Shown: positions 1 through 11,300 of the stretch, piece by piece
Layout: the number at the start of each line of letters is the position of its first letter
Position numbering within the stretch: position 1 is the first letter of the stretch
Assembly: GCA_016748015.1 (NCBI GenBank)
Contig: JAAOMT010000590.1
Coordinates: forward strand, 739,912 to 803,911
DNA from: Geosiphon pyriformis uo1
Taxonomy: Eukaryota > Fungi > Glomeromycota
Reading direction: 5' to 3'
DNA: 64,000 nucleotides
Notes under the pieces: model-generated
The model's database searches: none
The model's input: only the letters and a program-made list of their open reading frames with translations
Told to the model about the DNA's origin: nothing
Program-made: the position numbers and the translations under genes

Positions 1-759
1 ATTGATAAAGTTACTCTGAATCAAACTTTGGCTAATAAGATTACTTTTTCTCTGTATTGGGAGAAGGAATTAACAGATCTACAAGTGAGAATAATGGCCC
101 AATGGAATCTTCTGGGAACAAGTTTGTTAATGAGACATTGTTCAAGCAAATCAACAGAGAACAGAATTTGAATTTATTTTTCCTTAGGAAGAGAAATGTG
201 ATCAGTAATAAAACTCAAAGCATGAGAATTCTGATATATACCCAATAAATACATTTTCACACCAACTTTGACATCTGTAATTAAAAAAAGGCTCCATACT
301 AGCAATTATATTCATCATTTGACCAATATTTAGTATTAGTAAGCAAAAGTTTGATTGATAGTTTTAAAGATGTATTAAAAATCAACTTTTTTGGAGCAAA
401 TAAATTCATGTTGAATGCTTTTCATAATCCAAACATAATTATACAAAATGAAGATTCAGACTTAGATTCAACATATTATGTTTTAAAAATGCCAATTATA
501 AATGGTAATGCACCCAATCCAAAGTAAACAAAACTGTACACAATACAATATATTTCTAACTTCTTGAAAGATATTTATTAGGCTGTTACACAATTAACTT
601 AAGCTTCGAAAACATGATTATTTAAAAAAGGTATTAAAGAGTTAATAATAAGTAATAGTTGTGATTTTATTAACAAATTTACATTTTTTGATGATTTGCT
701 TCTTCACTTGTTATTAGAATTGGTTTCTAAGTATCTAACAATGTTTTCTTAATTCACCT

Positions 760-1610
760 TACTTTAAAAAAGTCTATTCTTTTCATCTATGCAATTTCAC
801 TGAATTTTTTCATTTTTTTGCTTAATATTCATTTATGGCCAATATTACAAAAAACACAATTAGAGACATTTGGATTTACAAACTGTGTCTTTCTTATCTG
901 AACTCGAAATCAATTTGATTCAGTAATAAAGCTAGGATGTGTACAAAACCTGTATATTTCACTTTTAGAATATCTAATAACATTAAAGAGGTTAGTATGC
1001 AATCTCTTAAATTTGATACAGTTACGCACTGCAATTTCCCAATGCCATTGTAAAAATGTAGAAGGAATCAACGATTTGAGTGTTTTGTTAATTTTTTCAA
1101 ATATTGCATCATGGCCTTGATGTTGATTTGAAAGTTTAGATTAAGAAATTACAATTCTTTCTTGAATCAGCTTGCAAACTTCAGGCTTCAATTGTAGCCA
1201 TTGTTTTTTATTAGCAATTTCAATTAATTGGTAAATAGGATGGTGCCAAGCAGACCAAATTGGTGCAAATATTCATCTAGCCACAAATCTTAATGAAGAC
1301 TTATTGAAACAAACTCCAGTGCGAAAGTTAATAATTGCTTGTAAATAAAAAAAGACTTGTTTATACTTTAACATAAACATGGGATCTGTTTCATTTTGGG
1401 CCCATTCTAAGTAACCTTCAACAAATGGATTTTCCTTACAAACAACTTATAGCCACATTAATTTGGAAGTCATTGCATGCTTATATATATTACATATCAA
1501 ATCCCACAACTTATGATAATCAGGACATTTTTTAAAAAACTGCAGTTGACTTTTACTCCAATATTCCTGACATTGTGCAAAGTATTTTATATCAATATTC
1601 CAATTGATAT
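760..1610 (-). pseudogene. Decayed coding relic of a probable transposon-associated protein (family not firmly assigned)
   Basis: Minus-strand translation gives protein-like text through stops and a frameshift: NWNIDIKYFAQCQEYWSKSQLQFFKKCPDYHKLWDLICNIYKHAM...YLQAIINFRTG...IFAPIWSAWHHPIYQLIE...NQHQGHDAILEKINKTLKSLIP. No introns and CpG-poor, like the neighbouring TEs. Confidence 0.4.
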
Positions 1611-1809
1611 AGGTATTGTTGTATTTGGAAGGCTTGACAACATGACATTGTGCTATCTTCTATGCAATTATGCAAGTATGTGGAGAATCAAATTGACAGC
1701 CTTCATTATTGATCATCAGTTGGGGGTAAGAGGCAAAAAGTATCACAGATGCATTATCAAAATTAGGTTTTTTTTTACCGAGAATCTGTTATTTGCACTT
1801 AGAATTCTA

Positions 1810-3691
1810 TAGTTGGATTAAAATCTTCATTTTTATAATTTGGCCACTTTTTATAATCTGAGGCACTTCATATAACATAAGACATCACACATGTCTGATT
1901 AGATATAAGGCAAAATGATGTTTAAGACATAACAGATACATTAACGTGTTATAAAAGCAAAATGCAATAAAAAGTGTATTCTTATTAACATGCTAAAAAA
2001 TGTCAAACCAAAAGCGAGCAGCAATCTCCTTAGAGCCTAAAAAGACTCTCTGCCAGTACAAACTAGAGCATCCTGACTACTCAGCAAATAGACTTATTGA
2101 AATATTTAATTTAAAGGTTGACCACTTTACTATAACAAAAATACTCACAAAATCAGACTAATAGATTGAAAAAAATGTATTTGACAACTCTGGTCAATTG
2201 ACAAAGGACAGAAAAGAAATGTTTCTGAAGATAAATGATGCACTGAGAGAATAGATGCTTGGAGCACTAGCTACCAACTGCATTATTATTGGAAAAATTT
2301 TACAAACGAAAGCCCTCAAGTTTGCTGAAAAGTTTCCAGAAGAAAATAACTTTAAAGCATCAAATGATTGATTAGAAAAGTTCAAGAAACATTATAATTT
2401 GCACCATATTAAGATGCATGGTGAAGCAAACAGTGTCCTCTTGGAAATTTTACCAAAGGAATAAGAGAAACTGCATGAGATTATTAGTGAATATGATCTA
2501 AATAATGTTTACAATGTCAATGAGACAGCATTATTCTTTAGAATGCCACCAAATGCAACTTTGGCAACAAGATCTATCTCTGGCACTAAGCATGATAAGA
2601 GTCAAATTACCATACTTCTTGCTTGTAATACAACAGGTAGCATCAAGTTGCAGTCTTTAATTATCAGCAAAGCCACAAAGCCATGATGTTTTCGCAATAT
2701 TAATATGAATACACTTCCAATCACTTATTGTTACAATACAAAAACATGGATGCAAACCAATATTTTTAGTGAATGGCTTAATTTATTAAATAAAGAAATA
2801 CATTACAAGAAAAAAAAGATTTTGCTATTGCTTGATAATGCTGGTCTCCATGGTAGAAAATCTTCTGTATTATCTAATATTATGATTAGATACCTACTAT
2901 TCAATACAACATCCCATTTGCAACCATTAGATACAGGAATTATTGCATCCTTTAAGGCACAATACCAAAAGTTGTTTTTTTTCCATCTTATTAATCAGTA
3001 TGATGACAAGATTCTAATATCAACAGTAACATTAAAGGATGTGGTTGACTTTCTAATTGATGCATGGTTAGTGGTAACAACAACTACAATCCAAAACTGT
3101 TGGCATCATATGGAAATTCTGAATAATAGTCAAATGTCAGCTCATCCATTAGATATTGAATAAAAACTCTTACAAGAAGTACAAGTTCTTATTGAGCATG
3201 TTGATATTGATAAGCTATTGGCAATAGACTTCATTAATATTGATAAGTTTGAACCATTATTCACTTATGTCTCAGAGGATAAAATTGTGAATCTTATTAA
3301 CAACAAGTATAGTGGAAATTCTAATGCAAATGAAGGTTTAGAAAGTAAAAATGAAGATGAACCTTTGTCTTTGCTATCTACACATTAAGATAAAATTGCA
3401 CTTGAAGATACATTGCACTATTGTGAAAAGCAGTATAATAAAAAAGTTGATTCAGACTTTTTTAAAACTTTGAGAACATTAATTCATAATACTGTTCTCA
3501 AAGTTCAAAAAGAGAAAAAACAGTTGCAAATAGATAGCTTTTTTAAATAAAATATATATAATTGGTTATTATATTATGCATGTGATATATAGATCATGTG
3601 ATAAGATATTGATCATTTTTTATAGTCTCATCTCTCTATAGTTACCACAAATGTGCTGACCAAAAGATGTGATTATAAAAAGAGTTCACTG
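1810..3691 (+). mobile_element. pogo/Tigger-like Tc1/mariner DNA transposon, inactivated, left end not recognisable
   Basis: Carries a disrupted transposase. The right end reads ...AAAGAGTTCACTG|TA (reverse complement CAGTGAACTC, a pogo-type TIR start, followed by a TA target). No matching left TIR was found. Confidence 0.8.
2000..3550 (+). pseudogene. pogo/Tigger transposase pseudogene (CENP-B-like HTH + DDE_1)
   Basis: MSNQKRAAISLEPKKTLCQYK start; FKASND*LEKFKK; VYNVNETALFF; KILLLLDNAGLH; NTTSHLQPLDTGIIASFKAQY; C-terminal QLQIDSFFK* (PIP-box-like). Several stops and frameshifts. Confidence 0.85.
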
Positions 3692-4290
3692 TATATAGTA
3701 GTAGCATTAAAAGCAGAAAAAAACAGACTTCTTAGTTTAGATTTCATCTAAGCAATTTTTTAATTCACAAATATCAATAAATAATTATTTGTTATCTTAA
3801 TCCACTTTTCACTATCAACACTTCATGTTGATAGCTGCCAATACTTAACCATACTAAAACAATAGCTCTTAATCATGGCTATTGACAAAATACTAACATT
3901 TATTGTCTTGGCTTATTTTTTTATTTATTTTTATTTTATTTTATTTTCTTTTGTTATTTTTTGTTGTTAACTAATTAATTAAAGGGTAAAATACTAAGTT
4001 ATTAATGTTAAAAATTGTCTAGTAAAAGACCTCTACAAGAGAGTAAAACATTGAGATTATGAATTACTTACCAGAAGATTGCTGGCCACCAAGCCAAGAA
4101 AAAAATTGACAGAATTGCGATTCTGGAAGACTACTGAAAACAATTATTAAATCTCTGTTTATTATACAAAAGACTTAACCAAAACCTTCAAATTACTAAA
4201 ACCTTCAGATATTACCAATCATATCAGTTATTAAGCACCAAGTTATGAGTTTGTTATTTAATTTAAAACCCCAAATAATTATTTGTAACA
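3692..4290 (+). mobile_element. Solo-LTR-like element, family A, copy 1 (5' part cut off by the pogo insertion)
   Basis: Aligns as the reverse complement of 4919-5586 (e.g. TTAAGCACCAAGTTAT vs ATAACTTGGTGCTTAA). Ends ...TGTAACA, followed by ACAT. Confidence 0.7.
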
Positions 4291-4918
4291 ACATAGTAAC
4301 TGGTACAGAATTGGTCATTCTACTTATAAGCCCAATAGTTCAAATTATAGAAAATAATTTAAAAATAAATTTAGTTATCAAAAGTTTACAAATTTTCAGT
4401 AATCATAAATTTACAGCAAATAGACATTAACAATATTCAAAAAAAGAGACCAAAAACTTTCAATAACAACATCAAATTTATAAAACTAAAAAACAAAAAA
4501 AATTACTTAATATTTGTTTTTTAATATATAATTACAAATAAAATATAATTTTTAATTATAATAACTACAATTAAGTTTGAAATTTCTAATTAATTATAAC
4601 TTAAAACAAATTTTTTAATCATATAATTTAATACAAAAAAGAATGAAATTTAGTTTTTTAAATAATTTTTATTTTTATTTATTTAAATAAAATAAAAATT
4701 TAAATATATAGTTTTAAATATAAATAATTAAATTTGGTTGAATTATATTATAAAAAAATAATTAAATTTATTAATAAATTTTTTTTTTATTAATTTAACA
4801 AATACAGTCTAACTACTACCTAGCATAAAAAAACAAACAAGTAAATCAAACTAAGTATAACTTATGTACTTTTTATATGTGACCAGCCACTTAAACTAAT
4901 TAAGGCAATACTATATAT

Positions 4919-5840
4919 TGTTATAGGTAATTATTTGAGGTATTAGAACAAATAACAAATCTATAACTTGGTGCTTAATAGTTAATGATATTGGTAATTT
5001 CTGAAGGTTTTAAAGTCTAAAGATTTTGGTTAAGTTTTTTGTATAATAAACAAAGATTCAATTGATAGTTTTTTTTATGAATTTTTTTTTCAGCATGATG
5101 GCCAGTTTAATCTGGCAATTGTGCCTTTCTGGTAAATTATTTTTAAATTTTTACTCTTATTTCTGAGTCTTTTATCAGGCTATTCTTGATATCAAATACT
5201 TAGTGCTTAATCTTTTTTAATTAATTAGTAAACAACAAACAAAATAAAAATAAAAAATAAAAATAAAAAAAAAATATGAAAAAAAAAAAAAAATTAGTAT
5301 TTCATTAATAGCTGTAATTAAAAACTATTGGTTCAGTGTGATTAAGCATTAAATTCTATCAATATAAAATATTAATAGAGTAAAAATGAATAATATTTCT
5401 TAATTAAGCAATAATAACATAAATTCAGATGATAATTAATATTTTATTAATATGTAATTTAATTTTGCTTTATATTGTAGAAATTATCTTTTAAAGGAAG
5501 AAATATTAATTAATTAATGAATTCTAACTAATTTTTGGTATTAATTCTGTTTTTTTCTGTTTCTAATACTTTTGCTATTATATATATTCTTTATTATATG
5601 AGATTTTACATTTTTTTAAGCAATGTGTCCTATTTTTTTTAACAATATGCTTATTGCTAAGCAATATATTATAATTTTTTGACAATGTGCTTATTGCTAA
5701 GCAGTATGCTATAATTTACTAATAATATGCACATTGCTGAGCAATGTATTATAATTTTTTAATATTGTGTTTACTTATTAAGTATTATTTTTTTATTTGT
5801 TTTTCCTACTTTTTTTTTTGTACTTTTTCTATAAGTAACA
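4919..5840 (-). mobile_element. Solo-LTR-like element, family A, copy 2 (~920 bp), inserted at the ORF2 stop of the LINE
   Basis: TGTTATAGG...AAGTAACA termini; flanks ATAT/ACAT (4-bp duplication, one transition). Removing it rejoins the LINE ORF2 C-terminus to its 3' UTR. Confidence 0.8.
5641..5786. repeat. 40-bp tandem repeat (3 full copies + partial), each with an ATTGCT-N-AGCAAT palindrome, inside LTR A
   Basis: Units start at 5641, 5681, 5721 and 5761, e.g. AACAATATGCTTATTGCTAAGCAATATATTATAATTTTTT. Confidence 0.85.
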
Positions 5841-6916
5841 ACATTTACAAAAACTTTTATATTATTGTTTACACTAAAAAAAAATAAACATAATTTTTGC
5901 AAACCAAAACTAACAACAAAAAATTCAATAATACCAAGTAAATAGACTATTTTCTTAAACAAAAAGCTAAACAAACTATACAACAAATCAGATATTACTT
6001 TCATATTATAAATTAAGCCACTTTTTTCTATATTTGTCTTAAACTTAGATCTTATTAACCATAACTTATTATGATATATATTAGTTAAATAGCAAACAAA
6101 ATTAATTACTACTAACTCTGCTTTTTTTCTATTACTAAAAATTAACATTGCTTTATTTACTTATTTTCTATAAAAAGATTTTTGCACAAAACTGCATAAA
6201 TACCAATATTCAAAGCTTCTAAAAAAAAGTGCTTAATACCAAAAATAATAATGCAAAACAATCTTTAATTAAAGATTTTCACAGTTTAATATGACCAGAG
6301 AGAATATTGAAGTGCACAGAGACATTTTTAGAGCAAATAAAATTATGATCAAACAACTCAACATTACTGCACATTAAACACAAAATGCTTGGGTAATCTT
6401 TATTATAAAGTTTCTTATAAACAGCAATTAGTAATCTCTTGTGGACAGCCTTTATTAAATATGTACACAAAGCAGCTAACTTTTTACTAATGAATTCAGC
6501 CAATATGTGTAAGTCTAAATGTTAAATTAAAACAGTACAATTTCAATTTATGTACTAGATAAGCAAACTGTCTAAAATTTTCACACCAGAATTCACTTTT
6601 CACTAAGCATAAAAACAGTTTGATAAATATTGCAGATAAAATAACAAGTATTGCTTAAAACCACTTAACTATCTGCTATTAAAACTTTTTTATGAACTTC
6701 AATAAAAAAAGTTAAATATGACTATGCAACAGCATAAACAAGAACATCTGTCTAATTATTGTCCAAATTTCTAGAATGGTTTTTTACTTTTATTTATCTT
6801 ATAAAAATGTTTTTTGACTTAACCAAATTAGCAATATAATGTTTTTTTACCCAATATTTGCTCTGGAAGTCAGGTTAATAAAAGTTAAGTTTCAACATAT
6901 ATATATTTATAGCCAC

Positions 6917-8331
6917 TGTTATTAAGTAAAAACTATGAATTTAATTACTTCTTAGCAACAGCAATAGTTTTTACTTATAATATTTATTACCATAATTATG
7001 ACTACTAACTATAATATATTATAGGTGAACTATTTCTATAATTAGAAAAATGAAAGAAATATGTAGTAAAATAATTAAAAGTAAAAGAAAGTATTGTTAT
7101 TATTATTTGTTTTTAAACAAAAACTAACTTAATATATTTTAAAGAGGAAAAAAAAATCATATCTCTTTGTATGTATTAAAAACACAATTAGCAACAAAAA
7201 AAACCAAACTACTTTAATAAATACATAATCATAATTTTGTTAATTAATTATTGAAAAAATGTGATATTCAAATATCTAGTTTTAAAAATAAAGTTATAGA
7301 AATGATAAAAAAATTGTGAAAATAAAACATAATTGAAATAAATTTTAATTAAACTTTTTATTGTTGAGACTACTCTCTAATAATATGCTATTTTATTACT
7401 TATTTTAATATTTAACAACTTGTTTAGTAAAACAAAACTTAATGTAAAATAGTAATAACACATAATTTAAAGACCAGAAGTAATAAAAAAACTTAAAATA
7501 ATGCTAACAATTAGATAAAAGATTATAAACAATATGATTTTAAATGATAATAAAAAATATTAAAAAACATACTTAAGATTGTAATAACAAGTATTTGGAG
7601 CATAGAAAAAAGAAAAAAAAGAATAAAATATAAAGAAAAAAACTAATTGCTCATTATAAAATTATAGTAAAAAGTTGGCTTAGTATTTAACTAATACTTT
7701 TCTAAACTAACAGAAAAACTATATATATAGCTAAATTACATTAGATTTATATACTATATTAAGACTATTTAAAATACATCAATTATTTATATAATTTAAT
7801 TTAATTAATTTATAATAAGCTTACTTAACATGTTATTTTTCCAAGAGCTAGTAATTTTTAAATGATCAGATTTAAATAGCTGAATTTAGAACATTAAATG
7901 TAAATTAATAATATTAATTAAGATTATAATCAACATAATCAAAAATAAATCAATTAATTACATTTTTTAATAACTACTTTTTAACTATTAATCACAAATC
8001 TGAAATGTTAAATTGTTTTAATAAGAGCATATAAGAATCTTGGAGTATAACAAAGTTTATTGTTATCAGATTACATACATTAATTGTTTATTTTTATTGG
8101 TGTTTTTTAGTTTGCCAAGGTTTTTTTGTATTCAACTTAATTAAATTGTTGAATTATACCATATCTTTTTGTTGTAATTAAGTTGATTGCTAATTATTTA
8201 TTTTCAGATTGCCAACTAATTTTGTTGATTAAGTAAGATAATATAAGTCTTTTTCACATGATTTTAATGTTAGTTTTCATTATATGTGTTGTAATTTTTG
8301 TATTAAAAAGCATAAAAATCTTTTAGTAATA
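6917..8331. mobile_element. Solo-LTR-like element, family C (~1.4 kb), inserted in the LINE RNase H region
   Basis: Starts TGTTATTAAG and ends TTAGTAATA (decayed TAACA). Flanks CCAC/TTAT differ only by C>T. The LINE frame (LYTDNQ / AINIYVE) resumes on the other side. Confidence 0.65.
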
Positions 8332-11300
8332 TTATTTGGTTATCTGTATATAAAACTACCAAACAAGATAAGGGAACACACTTTAAAGTCAAAGTAATTG
8401 TCTATAGTTTTAACAATATTAAAGACAATATTCTATACACTTCCATATTTATACTTATTTTAATATTAAAAAAGTAAATCATTTATTCCACTAGTTATCT
8501 TTGTTGTATTCAGATTCTTTAATAAGTCATTAATATAAATGTTAATTACTTCAGATCACACTTTATATAAACATTTACAAATATTTAAGAATTTATTCAA
8601 GCAAAAAAATTTAACAAACTAGATTAACAGTAATCTTATTAGTCTTAACAAAAAAATTATTCATATATGTTAACACTTTTTTAAATCACAATGACACTAG
8701 ATTTCTTGGGTTTAATCTCTTTTAATATTAAAAAGTTTTCTAATTTATAATTAAATCATGTTTGTTTAGCAAATAGTTTCTAAAAACAAAATCAAAATGT
8801 TTTAAGAAATACATCATGTCAAAATAATAAGTATTTCCCAATATTTTAGACATTAGAAAATGGCCAAGCTTATAAAATATACTAGACAAATTATTAGTTA
8901 AAGATACTTTGATATCCAAAAAAATTGTTTATAGAATTAATTTTTAACTTAACTGAATACAAAAAATTCAAAAGTGCTCACTTTAAAACTTCTAAATCTA
9001 AAGCATAATGCTTAAACAATTGGCCAAGAATTCCAGTAATATTAGAGAATTCAATTACTAAAGCTATTTTGGCTTCCACTTGTATTTGCTTAAAAAATTT
9101 CAAACCATATAGAAATAAGTGATACAAAGCTTTATTGGGAAAATTTTTTGGCAGATTGGCTTTAAATTTAAGCTTTTTTTTTATTATAACATTTTATTTA
9201 TAGTATACACTCTTAGATACAAAACTGAACTGTATCCAATAACTAATTATAGACTACAAAACTGCCAAAAATAAATAAAAAAACTGTTTATCTAACAATG
9301 TTTTTTTGAGAATTATATTCAAGAAAAACCTAATATCTGAGTGTGCTTTAATAAAACTTGGTTTGAATAAGCCCTCTGTTAATAAAAAAATATTTAGATA
9401 TCTATGAAATTCATCAGATTTGGCCACAGAAATTGGTTGACTACTAATACACAAAAAAGTTTTTGTTATCTTTTGGTTAATAAAAATAGTCATTGTTTTA
9501 TTATTATTAATAAAAATGTTATTAATTCAAAAAAATTCACTTACAATGTCTAAAATATGCTGTGTCAATGTCTGATTATTTTTTATCCATATTGTATTAT
9601 CAACAAAAACACCAGCTGTAAAAAATGAGAAAAACTTTCTATTAACTTCTATTCTGTCTGTTTTTGTCACAAAATTAGAATTAATTTTATATCTACACAA
9701 ATGTTTATGTCTCTTAATCTTACATAACAAAAAATCATAAAAAATTCTTCAAAGAAATAGTGAAAAAACTTTACCCTAATCTAATCTATTATAAATTACA
9801 TAGCTATTCAAAAGACCAAAATTAGTTATTACTTTGTTAATTCTGTTTTTATAAATATTTCCAAAAAACTTGATAAATCTATTATACATCTTGATACATT
9901 TCAAACTGGATTTCAAATGATACCATCTAATTAAATCATAAATTTTGTACATGTTTTGTAAAACCAACCAAATTTTTTGGCCTTTTTTTAGAGCATCTTT
10001 TAATATTAAGCCAATAGTAAACATAGAAAACTGAGTTGAAATACTTTTTAAAACTGAAAAATTATTACCATAAAAAACATTGAACTTGCTACAAACAAAT
10101 AAGATCTGATCTAACAAAATCTTGAACAAAATTTTTTTTAGTCTTAATTAATATAATAAATCATATATTAGTTAAAATACCATCTTATTTATAAGACTTA
10201 AGAATTATTAATACTTATGTCTTTTTCCAAAGATCTGGAATATTGCCAAGCCTAAAACAAGAATTCAGTAAATCCAAAAAGCATCTTAATATTTTATTAT
10301 TACAGTGTTTCTACAAGTTATTTAATATACCAGAAAAATTAGCAGCTTTTCTATTAAGTAATCTACTAATTACCAAAACCAATTCCTTTAAGTTAATATT
10401 ATTTATTATGCTAGAAAAAGCATTATCCTTTACATATCCCAAAGAAATATATTGACAAGTTCACAAATTAGATAAAACCAAAAGAATTTTTTACTTTCTT
10501 ATTTATTCTATCATAATATTGTTTATCTTAGATTTTATTTTATTTAATTTCAAAATCAACTTTTTTTTAACTACTAAATAATTCAGAACTTTGCAAAAAA
10601 ATTGTTTTAAAACATTTTTTATTATGTTTCTCTTATTTAAACTAAAATTTTTCATATGCTTTTCAATTACATTTCTAATAAATATACTTTTGGCTATTTT
10701 TAATTTATAATATTTTGATTTTCAATATTTTTTTTTAATTCTTAACAAATTTTTATTAATTTTTGTTGGTTTTACACTATTATAGAACATGATAACAACT
10801 TTGAAAGTCTTAGTATTATTAAAAATCAACCAGATTTTAACAAGTTTTTAAAATCAGACATTCTATTCAAATTTAAACTCTTCACTATCTTAGCAATCAA
10901 AGACTTTAGCTTGAAAAATCTTGAAAATTGTTTGTTTTTTGAGCAGTTAAAATTACAGAACCAATATTTAGAAAACATTTTATTGGCTGAGTCAATTACA
11001 ATATATTTCAATGCCTCTCATATTTTACACAAATTTTTCTCATCTTTTATATTAACAAAATCATTCATTGTTGTTAACAATATAGCAAAAAAACAATCTT
11101 TAAAATACATCTATTTGGTTTTATCTACATTTTTGATTTGAAACTTTCACTGATCCTTATTAGTCTGCTTGCAAATATTGTTCAAATAAATATTTAATAG
11201 ACTTTCTAATCCAATAGAAATTACAACTACTTTATAATTAGTATTAAAGAACTTATATATTAATCCAATTTTATGTTTAGTAATTACCAAAAACAAATTT

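Noticed and set aside
5641-5786. CRISPR-like palindromic repeats
   Set aside because: The units are contiguous 40-bp tandem copies with no unique spacers, lie inside an LTR-like element, and have no cas genes nearby; the context is eukaryotic.
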